A DNA stretch of 63,997 nt, filler included, from Octopus bimaculoides (taxonomy: Eukaryota): the NCBI RefSeq assembly GCF_001194135.2. It is 4 parts of 4 records of this genome, joined end to end, with 100 filler letters (N's around TTAATTAATTAA, not from the genome) between each part and the next. Parts side by side here need not be neighbours in the genome. Positions count along the whole stretch, not along the records: positions 1 to 25,280 come from NC_068982.1; 3 more parts are not named here. One strand, 5' to 3'. Positions 1-11,047 of this stretch are shown here, one piece after another. Both the position numbers and the translations under genes were made by a program. Each line of letters starts with the position of its first letter. Within the stretch, counting starts at the first letter, position 1. The notes beneath the pieces were generated by a model. That model was not told the origin of the DNA, made no database searches, and saw only the letters and a list, made by a program, of their open reading frames with translations.

Positions 1-124
1 CTCACTTATAGTAAAAAAGTGTGAAAGCGTGCGGTTTGTTCAGTGTCGCCATCTATCAGAAATCCCAGATAGATAGCGACACTGAACAAACTGGGTGTTT
101 TCACACCTTTTTACCATAAGTAAG
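1..124. repeat. Long imperfect palindrome (57-bp arms, 10-nt loop)
   Basis: Position i pairs with 125-i: 48 Watson-Crick, 4 G-T, 5 mismatches, no indels. Confidence 0.9.
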
Positions 125-240
125 ATATTTCCACAACTGTAACTACGGTGAATTCGCCTTTTAGCAGTTGAAATATGTCGCACACATATTTTAACTTACC
201 TAAATTTTGCATATATATATATAAAAATAGATAGATAGAT

Positions 241-286
<46 letters not shown>

Positions 287-287
287 G

Positions 288-341
<54 letters not shown>

Positions 342-925
342 TGTATGTATGTAAGTACGTATAACGGCAGAACTCAATAAATAAAAAAGTAGTGTGCAGA
401 ATATTGTGTTAAAAATCCTGTAACTAAACAAGTCGAACCGTACACGCACACACATACATATTTATATATGTATATATATGCATGTATATATGTATGTATG
501 TATGTATGTATGCATGTATGTATGTATGTGCGTATGTATGCATGTATGCATACATATATGTATACGAGTGTGGCCATGTTGTCAATAATGATATTGGTTC
601 TATTTACGGTATGTAAATATACTGAACATAATGATGCGATAAATTAAAATATACAGAAATTCTGATATTTTAAATTATTGATACTTGTTTGTAAAATATT
701 TTGCATTGAATCATCTCAAAAATTCGTAAATATTTTCCTTCGTGCTCATATTGTTAAGAAAGAATGTCTCGCTACGACAAAGAGCATATTAATTTCTTGT
801 ATATATATATATATATTTATATAGGTTTCGAATTGAAAGAGGTTGGTCTTTCAACAGAGATGCATTTCATTTAATCGTACTCCGGCTTAGCTCCATATCG
901 ATTAATTTTTCTGGAATTTGTTAAT

Positions 926-1014
926 TTTGCCCTGAAGAGATTTTTACCTTTTAAATTCATAATGTAATTTAATTGTAAAATATGAATGAAGGTAGGAATT
1001 GAAACGTTCGCAGG
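926..1014 (+). ncRNA. Hammerhead-like motif with a long stem II (different family)
   Basis: CTGAAGA 932-938. Stem II is 939-951 with 988-1000 plus 955-961 with 981-987. GAAAC-GTT 1001-1008. Stem I TTTGCC/CGCAGG has a C-C mismatch at its first pair. Confidence 0.5.
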
Positions 1015-1934
1015 CAACATGAAATTGACTACTATTATGAAAATAAATTGATNNNNNNNNNNNNNNNNNNNNNNNNNNNNNNNNNNNNNNNNNNNNNNNN
1101 NNNNNNNNNNNNNNNNNNNNNNNNNNNNNNNNNNNNNNNNNNNNNNNNNNNNNNNNNNNNNNNNNNNNNNNNNNNNNNNNNNNNNNNNNNNNNNNNNNNN
1201 NNNNNNNNNNNNNNNNNNNNNNNNNNNNNNNNNNNNNNNNNNNNNNNNNNNNNNNNNNNNNNNNNNNNNNNNNNNNNNNNNNNNNNNNNNNNNNNNNNNN
1301 NNNNNNNNNNNNNNNNNNNNNNNNNNNNNNNNNNNNNNNNNNNNNNNNNNNNNNNNNNNNNNNNNNNNNNNNNNNNNNNNNNNNNNNNNNNNNNNNNNNN
1401 NNNNNNNNNNNNNNNNNNNNNNNNNNNNNNNNNNNNNNNNNNNNNNNNNNNNNNNNNNNNNNNNNNNNNNNNNNNNNNNNNNNNNNNNNNNNNNNNNNNN
1501 NNNNNNNNNNNNNNNNNNNNNNNNNNNNNNNNNNNNNNNNNNNNNNNNNNNNNNNNNNNNNNNNNNNNNNNNNNNNNNNNNNNNNNNNNNNNNNNNNNNN
1601 NNNNNNNNNNNNNNNNNNNNNNNNNNNNNNNNNNNNNNNNNNNNNNNNNNNNNNNNNNNNNNNNNNNNNNNNNNNNNNNNNNNNNNNNNNNNNNNNNNNN
1701 NNNNNNNNNNNNNNNNNNNNNNNNNNNNNNNNNNNNNNNNNNNNNNNNNNNNNNNNNNNNNNNNNNNNNNNNNNNNNNNNNNNNNNNNNNNNNNNNNNNN
1801 NNNNNNNNNNNNNNNNNNNNNNNNNNNNNNNNNNNNNNNNNNNNNNNNNNNNNNNNNNNNNNNNNNNNNNNNNNNNNNNNNNNNNNNNNNNNNNNNNNNN
1901 NNNNNNNNNNNNNNNNNNNNNNNNNNNNNNNNNN

Positions 1935-1966
<32 letters not shown>

Positions 1967-1967
<1 letters not shown>

Positions 1968-2216
1968 TCTTTTTACGCTTTACTTGTTTCAGTCATTTGA
2001 CTGTGGCCATGCGGGAGCACCCACCTTTAGTCGAGCAAATCGACCCCAGGACTTATTCCTTGTAAGCCTAGTATTTATTCTATCAGTCTATTTTGCCGAA
2101 CCGCTAACAAGGCTTTGGTCGGCCCGAGGCTATAGTAGAAGACACTTGCCCAAGATGCCACGCAGTGGGACTGAACCCGGAACCATGTGGTTGGTAAGCA
2201 AGCTACTTACCACGGC
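1967..2216 (-). mobile_element. SINE family A with its central part deleted
   Basis: Tail and head are fused at CCGCTAA|CAAGG (2107/2108). Confidence 0.85.
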
Positions 2217-2483
2217 TTAGGGTATTTGATTCACGATCGTTAGGTCATGATTTCGATTCCCGGCGACGCGCTGTGTCCTTGTGCAAGACACTTTATTACT
2301 CGTTACCCCTGCCCGCTCAGCTGGTAAAAATGAGTTGCACCTGTAATTCAAAAGCCCAACCTTGTTACATTCTGCGTCACTCTGAATTATCCTGATAACT
2401 ACATTACGAGTACGCTTGTCTGTGGGTCGCTCAACCACTTGGACGTTAATTTCACGAGCAGGTTCAACTGGAACACTCGTTGT
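2217..2483 (+). mobile_element. SINE family B variant
   Basis: Collinear with 14821-15106. Confidence 0.7.
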
Positions 2484-3008
2484 GATTCGTTAATCCTCTA
2501 TATTCGTCCATAATCTTATTGGATTACATTTATGGTATCATGTATACTATCAAGAAATATGACATAAATACAATTATTATAATTTAGCATTTAATAATTA
2601 TTATCAAACTTCTTTCTGCTTATACAAAATGATGAAATTAAGGCTAATTTTCAAAAGAGAAATATTTATTATATTAATATAGGATTGAATAAACAAACCT
2701 CTCGCTTGTATCTTTGCAATAAATATAAGTTATTAGTTTTCGAAATCTTATCAACATAATCACAATGTACATTATCGAAAATCTATCTCTGCAATAATTT
2801 ACTCCCTTTTCTGTCTCTACTTTTTTTTTTGCTCTTTCTCTCTGTGTGNNNNNNNNNNGGGGGGTGGACTGTTACTTATTGCCTACCTCCAAGCTTTGTA
2901 TTTGCGTTCATCGTCCTCTTATGCATCTCTCATTCACTCTCTCTCCCTCTCTATACGCAACTGGAGACGTCAACCAACCAGCCAATCAACCAACATTTAT
3001 ATCGGCTA

Positions 3009-3043
<35 letters not shown>

Positions 3044-3298
3044 ATATAACTGTTCAACATTTGTGGGGTTGAGACAAATTTCTTCTACATCACCTGTTAC
3101 ACCTCTGTGTTGCTGGGGTGTGTGCAGCATTGTATGTTCTTTTCCCGGTATTGCCTTGTGTCTTTTTTTTCTTTTGAGGTCTTTTGTAATTATTATTATT
3201 ATTATTATTAGGTTTTCTTCTTCCTTTAATTTTGTTTCCATTTCTTGCCGAGTGTCTTTCCGACACCTAGGGTGTAGAAACTTACTGTATACATCGAT

Positions 3299-3435
3299 AC
3301 CTTAGAAATGAGAACCCAGGTTCAAAATTTCTCCAAGACACCTGATGAAGGCTGGAGAGTATATCAGCTGAAACGTTGTGTTAACAACAAACAAGATGAG
3401 GACAAATATCCGTCGAATGTAAATAATGTAAATAA
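3299..3435 (+). mobile_element. Non-autonomous Penelope-like-element-derived repeat carrying a hammerhead motif
   Basis: Near-identical to 24086-24265 (-) and 24372-24480 (+). The CTGANGA...GAAACG signature is typical of PLE terminal repeats. Confidence 0.6.
3337..3382 (+). ncRNA. Minimal type-I hammerhead ribozyme motif (Penelope-like element type)
   Basis: GACAC-CTGATGA-A-GGCTG(gagagtatat)CAGCT-GAAA-CG-TT-GTGTT. Stem I GACAC/GTGTT, 5-bp stem II, palindromic ACGT stem III, GUU cleavage triplet. Confidence 0.7.
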
Positions 3436-4139
3436 CTTTTTTGTTCTATTATATTTATTTTCTGTTTCAATCATGAGACTTTGGAGTTCCTAAGGACTTT
3501 AAAGTTGGTGATAGCAAGGGTATTGACAGTGCCGGCCTCAATCCATGACTAAGTGCTTAATTCATCGAACTTTGTAAGTTTGATATCGGCAAAGAAGTCG
3601 TGGGTGTGATTCGAACTCAAAACATAATGAGACATGATTAAATAATTCCAGAAGATATTTTGCCAGACGCTCGCCCGATTCTGCTAATCCATTGTCCTTT
3701 AATTTAGTTTATTAATTAACAAACCAACGTAAAGTCAATTAATTATTCATTTCTTTATTAATTTAGTTGGCAAGAAATGTCCGAACTTCTGACTCACTAC
3801 AGTGACCTGGTCGTTGCCTGTTCTGGCCAGTTAGAGACTAATTAATTTCTAATCAGTATTAAATGCCGTAATTAGCGGCTTTTCTATCACGTGGTGATTC
3901 ATATAAACTGTCAAAATATTTGTCAATTTACGGTTAATTTCGGCTCTCGGTTTCGATTCTCGCTAACATATGCATGCACTTCGATTATGTTAATGCACGT
4001 GTTGAGAAAGGCTTGAACCTCACAACACTTCATTATTTTGAAAAACTGCTAAGTTACAGGGGCCTAAACAGGGCAAGACCACTTGTCAAGTGGTGATGGT
4101 GATGGTGGTGGACAAACACAAATACAAGTGCGCGGCGCG

Positions 4140-4184
<45 letters not shown>

Positions 4185-5023
4185 CGTTTTTGTAGTTAGT
4201 TTGCAAGGTTCTTTATGTGAAGTCGTGTGTTGAATCATATTTTATTGTGTCTGGGGAGGGTCATTCACTTTTAGTAACTTATTATTTAACACACTCACCT
4301 GTTCGATTTCCACTCATTTATTTTCTCTAAAATTTTCGTTGCGCCTTGCAACCTTTTCAATAGTTGTTTTCAGCTAAAAGAGAATGACTCTCCCTAGACA
4401 CAATATACATATATAGTTAGATGTAATAGCATCGAAACCAAAGAATTACTTACGGGAACAGCGATTATATATTACCTGAGGAGAAAGAACAGGTAAACTG
4501 TTGCTTAATTTAAATTTAGATCCTGTATATGTGGACCTGTGTTGTATCGAAACATGTGTAGTGTTTATTAAATAGTTATCTAACAGTACTCCTTTTTATT
4601 CATTTGTGTGTGTGTGTGTGTGTGTGTGCGTGCGTGCGTGCTTGTATGTGTGTGTGTGTGTGTGTATACGACGGGCTTCCACACAGTTTCTGTCTATCAA
4701 ATTCAGTGATGGAAGCGTTGGTCACCCCGGAGGACATTTAGTAGAGGACATTCAACCAAGCTGCTTCGTAAAGAGCCTGAAACCGAAACCATACGGTGGC
4801 AAAGTGGGTTTCTTAACCACACAGCTACACCTGTGTCTTTTCTCTCAAATATTTGATGAATTGAGCGATGAACTTTTCTGAAAAAAAAAAAAAAAACTGA
4901 TATTTTTCAAAATACTTCCATAACAAATATTTTCTTCTCTTTCATTTCTTTCCATTTTCTTATCATCTTCAGGTTCTACTTTCTTTCACTGACACCTTTT
5001 ACAAGTATTCCCGACAGCTTCAT

Positions 5024-5050
5024 TTCTTCTTCTTCTTCTTCTTCTTCTTC

Positions 5051-5095
<45 letters not shown>

Positions 5096-5590
5096 TTCTT
5101 CTTCTTCATTTTCTTTTCCTTCCTCTTCTTCTTCTTCTTCTCCTCCCCATCCTCTTCTTCCCTTCTTTCTTTTCTCTTCTCCTCCTCCTTATTCTTGTTC
5201 TTGTTCTAATTTTTCTTCATTTTCTTTTCCTTCTTCTTCTCCTCCTTCTTCTTCCTACTCTTCTTCCTCCTCCTTTTTCTTCTTCTTCCTACCTCCTCCT
5301 CCTATTCTTCTTCTTCTTTCTCTTCTTGTCTGTCCGCCTTCTTCTTATTCTTGTCTCCTACTTCTACTTTTTCTTCATTTTCTTCTTTTTCTTCGTCTTC
5401 GTCCTCTCCTCCTTCTACTTCTTCTTGTCTCCTATTTCTTCTTCTTCTTCTTCTTCTTCTTCTTCTTCTTCTTCTTCTTCTTCTTTTTCTTCTTCTTCTT
5501 CTTCTTCTTCTTCTTCTTCTTCTTCTTCTTCTTCTTCTTCTTCTTCTTCTTCTTCATCATCATCATCATCTACTACTACTACTACTACTT
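5024..5590. repeat. Long (TTC/TCC)n polypyrimidine tract with (TTA)n, (CAT)n and (CTA)n segments
   Basis: Directly visible. It is the source of the poly-Ser and poly-Leu pseudo-ORFs. Confidence 0.95.
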
Positions 5591-5619
5591 AATGTTTTAA
5601 AAAAGCAAACAAACTGTAA

Positions 5620-5700
5620 TATGATTGGCTGACTGATTTGTGACGTAACAGTATATAGCTAAGCTTGGGCTGAACCAGGCAGTGGTTTAGCCGGAAGCTG
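5620..5700 (+). promoter_or_regulatory. Candidate Pol II core promoter (reverse CCAAT, CRE-like site, TATA, CA initiator, ETS)
   Basis: TGATTGGCT 5622-5630, TGACGTAA 5641-5648, TATATAG 5652-5658, C-A initiator with A at 5681 (29 nt after the first T of TATA), CCGGAAG 5691-5697. Confidence 0.5.
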
Positions 5701-5732
5701 GTGTATTAATTTCATGGTACCATAAATATATC

Positions 5733-5769
<37 letters not shown>

Positions 5770-8237
5770 CACACACACAGATATATACATATACACACAC
5801 ACATATATATGTATATATACATACACACACGCACATATATATATATATTTAAATAGATAGATAGATAGATAGATAGATATGTATGTTTGTACATACACAT
5901 ATATATGCGTGTGTATACGTATGTGCATGTGTGTGTGTGTGTGTGTGTGTGTGTATAGATATATGTATATGGACGGTCTTACCGATAATGGCCACCACAA
6001 GCTCAGTGGCCAGTGTAACATGCCGCCATATCCTCTGATTACGTTGATGGTCATTTTATTAGTTATTCCAGCTCTTACTTGTACCAAGGCCGTTTAATTG
6101 TCAAAACTTTTATATTTATGAACGATGTGATTTGAATAACACCGTCGAGGATTATATTTCATCGATGTGGCTGAACGTTAGGTCGTCTTTAACTTAGACT
6201 GCGTTGATCTTTTAATCGCTCCGATTGCATTTCTGTTACATCTCGGCTTATTCCCTCTCTTATATTAATCTTACTATCTGGATTATCGATGTTTACTGCC
6301 TGAATTCTTGTGGGGTGCTTGTAACTTATCGACTGAAACTTCAAGAGTTCGTGTTCTGCCAATCAACTCTGGCGCCCTCTGCTCTGTTCCTTACTATTAA
6401 AGTGACTCTGTTTACTCCCGTATAAGATGCATTCATCTTATACTGTCGCACCCTAGTTTTTTTCAGTTAAACTCAAGTTAAAATAGTGTAACTTATGCGT
6501 GAGTAAATACCACACACACACACACACATACACAGGTGTATATTTGTGTATATGTATGTACATATAATAACACACAGACATACACATGCACAGATGCCAT
6601 ATTTACTCGTGTATAAATCGTGCGACTTATATACGAGTAAATACGGCAACTCCCCAAGCCGTAAAATAGATACCAGGTTGCATGCACGTCCTGAATTAAG
6701 GTTTCCAGCTCCCTAAGCCAGGCCTACAAAATCTTCCCTCTTTTCCTAGTTATGACTATTTTGTGAATACAGCCAGGAGCAGTGGCTTTATGATCGACAG
6801 TATATCAATATTTTATGAATAGCTTCAGTTGGTGAAGATTTCATTTCGTGTTCAGACGATAATTCTTCCTTGGCTTTACGGATATTGGTGGTGGTTCTCC
6901 AATGAAATAATAAGCACACGCACTGATTCCATTTCAATTCTGTATCATTTGTCAAGTAGTTAACTATTTAAAGAATTAGCTAATCAAATGCTTTATTTAT
7001 CATTCGATTAATCGATCAATCGCTTATATTTGTCAAAGACCTTTCGTCCCCATTGCGACTTTTTCGGTGACATATCCTCTTTACTCAAAGCCAGTTTCAC
7101 GTTTCTCTCTCTCTCTTTCTCTCTCCTCTCTCTCCCTCTCACTCTCCTCTCCCTCTCTCTCACACACACATTCATACAACTACATAAATAGAGAACCTAA
7201 GAACTCCAATTATAGACAGTTTAGTCAGTTAATTTGATGAATAGTAAAGAGGTGAAACAAAACCAGTGTGTGTGTTTATGTTTGGCATAATGACCGTCCC
7301 CAGATACGATAAAACCTGTTTCAACACAAGATCTCACATCAAGTCTCCAAACCAAATACATAAGCGAAATATTGAAAATTTCTGTTTGACAAAAAAAAAC
7401 AAAACTAGAACTGTGAACAAAAACAGCCAAAATTTCGTTCCTATCTTTCATTTAGACAACTCGAAACAGCCCAACAATGATGTATTTACTCTTTCTTAAT
7501 ACGTTTCAGCAGATCTGAAACTGCATTTACAGATCGATGTTGTGTTTTATTCTTCGGAGAACGTCTTCTCCCTTTAGATGGTGTGTCTACCCGGAACACT
7601 CGATACATTAACGTAAAGGATCCTTCGAGACACCGTGATGTTTTTGACTTGGTTATGCCTCTCCAGTGACAACCAGCCTCGGATTAATGAATCTGAACAA
7701 GAGTGATGGCTCTTGTTAACAGCTATCTGTTGATGCATGCCGATGTCTGCTAAACGCGTAATAAATCATTTTGGTTCTTGCTGTTCTGAGTACATAATGA
7801 TTAATTAGAAACATCAGTAATTCAATTTAAAGAATATTTCACATATTTAAAACAAGGAGATTGACCCCTGTAAGATGATTTATACAGCCAAGTATTTTGT
7901 AATTGTTTATTTGTTTAATTGTCCGGTATAGTGTGTTAATCTCTTAATTGCTATAAAAATGTAACCTTTCTTGAAGACAAGGAATGGCTTCAAAAATTAA
8001 CTTTCTAACAAATATTACAACAAAGCTATAAGAATTGAATATTATACTACAAGGCAAAAAGAATAATCAAATACAGACTGCCGTGGTGACTGCTATAAAT
8101 TTGTTTCAAATGAAATTAGATTCCTGGGTCGTTCAACGTCACACACACACACACACAAAAAAGAACAAAGATTTTTCTCACATTCTAGATATTAATGATG
8201 AATCTGGTGAAATGAGTTGAACTTCAAATGGAAAACC

Positions 8238-8290
<53 letters not shown>

Positions 8291-8637
8291 GAAGAATTTC
8301 CAATATTTTAAAATATATTTGGACAATATCTTCAAAGAAGAATGAATGATTTCAATATGATTTCTGGAATTTGTAGTTATTTGGCTTTTCTCGTCTGCTG
8401 GAAACTTCATGCAAAATGTCTGGAAGGAATTTAGAAAGTTGGTTCATTAAGAATACTGACGATTTACAGATGGTGGTTAATGATTTACAAAGTTACGTTG
8501 TTTTGAAATCTCTAACAAGGTTCTGATGTATCAGGCATTATTTCAGTTCCTATTTAAAGATATCCGAATTGGGGAATGTTTTCATTGAATAAACTCATGT
8601 TCTAGAGAGGAATATTGGCACACTAGACGTGAACACC

Positions 8638-8950
8638 TGTATGAAGTACATTAGAAGTACATAGTTACTTGAAGTACATTAGAAGTACATAATTGTATGA
8701 AATACATTGGAAGTACGTATTTATATGAAGTACGTTAGAAATACATATTTGTACAAAGTACATTAGAAGTACATATTTTTACGAAACACAAGTACATATT
8801 TGTATAAAGTACATTAAGAGTACATATTACATGAAGTACATATTTGTATGAAGGACATTAGAAGCACATACTTATATGAAGTATATCGGAAGCGCATACT
8901 TGTATAAGTACATTAAAAGTACAAATTTGTATGAAGTACATTGGAAGTGC
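8638..8950. repeat. 28-bp minisatellite, about 11 degenerate copies
   Basis: Unit approximately ATGAAGTACATTAGAAGTACATATTTGT. Confidence 0.9.
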
Positions 8951-8996
8951 CTTAGCACCTGGTTGTCTATTGGATCTCTCTCTTGCAAACATTCAG

Positions 8997-9059
8997 GGTG
9001 GATTTCCGCTGCAGCTATCAACACCTCCCTTGTCTGTCACCAACCTCGAGGACCCTGCT
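8997..9059 (+). CDS. Candidate 63-nt exon (phase 0: GGFPLQLSTPPLSVTNLEDPA), gene unknown
   Basis: Acceptor tctctcttgcaaacattcag|G, donor GCT|gtaagc, length divisible by 3, non-repetitive sequence. Homology is weak at best. Confidence 0.25.
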
Positions 9060-10642
9060 GTAAGCTGTAGGCACTGAGTTTCTTTCATAACTGAGCCGTC
9101 GAAGGAAACAGATACAACGGACTGACAACGTCCAGCTAAGTCGATTACAGCGATGGAAATGCATTCCAGAGACAACAGCATTTCGCTTCACGTCTTTTTA
9201 CCTGTGAATTGTTTTTGTAATCAACAGACTGTGCTGATTAAAGGAGATAACCCGGAAATCGCGTTACATAGATATTGTTTTTGAGCTGAGTGGGAGTGCT
9301 AGATTCCCTTGTTCGAAAATATAAGGACACAGATCGTGTCATATAGCCAGCTGGAGGCGATGTCTCCTGGGGCTAAATTACAGCAACATTCGTCCTAAAC
9401 CAGGACTGCCATGTTAGGTTGGCAAACAATCTTTACTACAAATTACTCTTGCTGAATATCTCTCGTTGTGAGATTTAGAAACAGTAATTTTCAGACTGGG
9501 GAATATTTTAGTTCGGTGTAGAACCATATTCAAAATTGGTGTAGAAACATTATAAAAATCGCACTCCTAACAGAAAAATAGGATATAGTATTGACATATA
9601 AAACTTTAATATACTTGGTAGTACGTTATGGTTGCAAAACCAAATATGGCGTTCCTACCAGCAATTAATATTTATGTATCAGTTGTCAGAAATGGGTTTA
9701 ATATGTAAAATTGGCCGATCCACTAGTGCTACACTGCTAAACTTAGTGGGTATTTAAGCAATGTGTTCGTGGATGGTTAATTGGTTAGATGTGGGGCTGA
9801 TGAAAATGCAATAACTCTTGAAATGTGCATATACACCGATTACCTATTTTTCTATTTTCGATCGCATTATTTACATAGATGTGTTTGTATATGAAACGTC
9901 CTAACTTTCAATGTTGCCTATAAATTCTAGAGAAATTCTGTAGAGATAACTTAAAAGTGATAATAAAAATTATAAGCCTATTATATTATTTTATTTTATA
10001 TGAGAACAGGAAATATACGTGATTATTATTTGATCTTTTTTGCATCAATGTGTAGAAAAGCAAACAGCTCAAAATCAGACAAAACCAATTAAAAACCAGA
10101 AGTGGAACTGTAGCCAAAATAATAAAATAAATGTTTAATAATGCGAATGTTGAAATATTTTATTTGAAGAAGTGGGATTTAAGTGTTCTGCACTTTGACG
10201 TCAAAGCAGATGTATGTGTGTGCGTATATACGTGAGAGTATGTGTGTATGTATGCATGCATGTATGCATGTGTGTATGTATGTATGTGTGTGTATGGGTG
10301 TATGTATTATGTATGTGGGTATATAAATACACACACACACACACACACATACAAACACAAACACACACACAATTATATATATATATACTTTATTAATGAA
10401 GCTACAAAAACATCACAAATTTTGTTACTTGGAGCAACAGTTTTTGTGATGTTTTTGCAGCTTCATTAATAAAGTATATTACTCTACCTCTGGTATTCGA
10501 GTACTGTTTTTTTTTCCACCCTGTTTCACATTTATGTGCTTACCTTGGTATATATATATATATATATATATATATNNNNNNNNNNNNNNNNNNNNNNNNN
10601 NNNNNNNNNNNNNNNNNNNNNNNNNNNNNNNNNNNNNNNNNN

Positions 10643-10674
<32 letters not shown>

Positions 10675-10677
<3 letters not shown>

Positions 10678-11013
10678 GGCGCATGGCTCAGTGGTTAGAG
10701 CATCGAATTTACGACCGTGAGGTTGTGAGTTCGAATCCCGGACCAGGCTGCGTGTTGTGTTCTTGAGCAAGACACTTTATTTCATGCTGCTCCTCCAGTA
10801 CACTCAGCTGTAGAAATGAGTTTCAACATCACTGGTGCCAAGCTGTATCGGCCCGTTTGCCTTTCCCTTCGACAACATTAGTGGTATGGAGAGGTGAGGC
10901 TGGTATGCATGAGCGACTGCTAGTCTTCCATAAACAACCTTTCCCGGACTTGTGCTTCGGAGGCTAACTTTCTAGGTGCAATCCCATGGTCATTCGTGAC
11001 CGAAGGGGATCTC
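10675..11013 (+). mobile_element. tRNA-derived SINE family B (head + CORE-like segment)
   Basis: A-box TGGCTCAGTGG 10684-10694, B-box GTTCGAATCC 10729-10738, then TTCTTGAGCAAGACACTTTATTTC...CACTCAGCTG. Related heads at 2217, 14821 and 33680 (-). Confidence 0.8.
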
Positions 11014-11015
11014 CG

Positions 11016-11047
<32 letters not shown>

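Noticed and set aside
3700-3990. Cluster of TAAT/TAATTA homeodomain-like sites
   Set aside because: Expected by chance in such AT-rich DNA, and conservation cannot be tested here.
4321-4365. Minus-strand CTATTGA...GTTGC/GCAAC-GAAA hammerhead-like string
   Set aside because: Two invariant core positions are changed and the spacing is wrong.
10675-10750. tRNA gene (A- and B-boxes present; similar heads at 14821, 15365 and 18926)
   Set aside because: The acceptor stem does not close and the sequence continues into a repeat body shared by many copies, so these are SINE heads.
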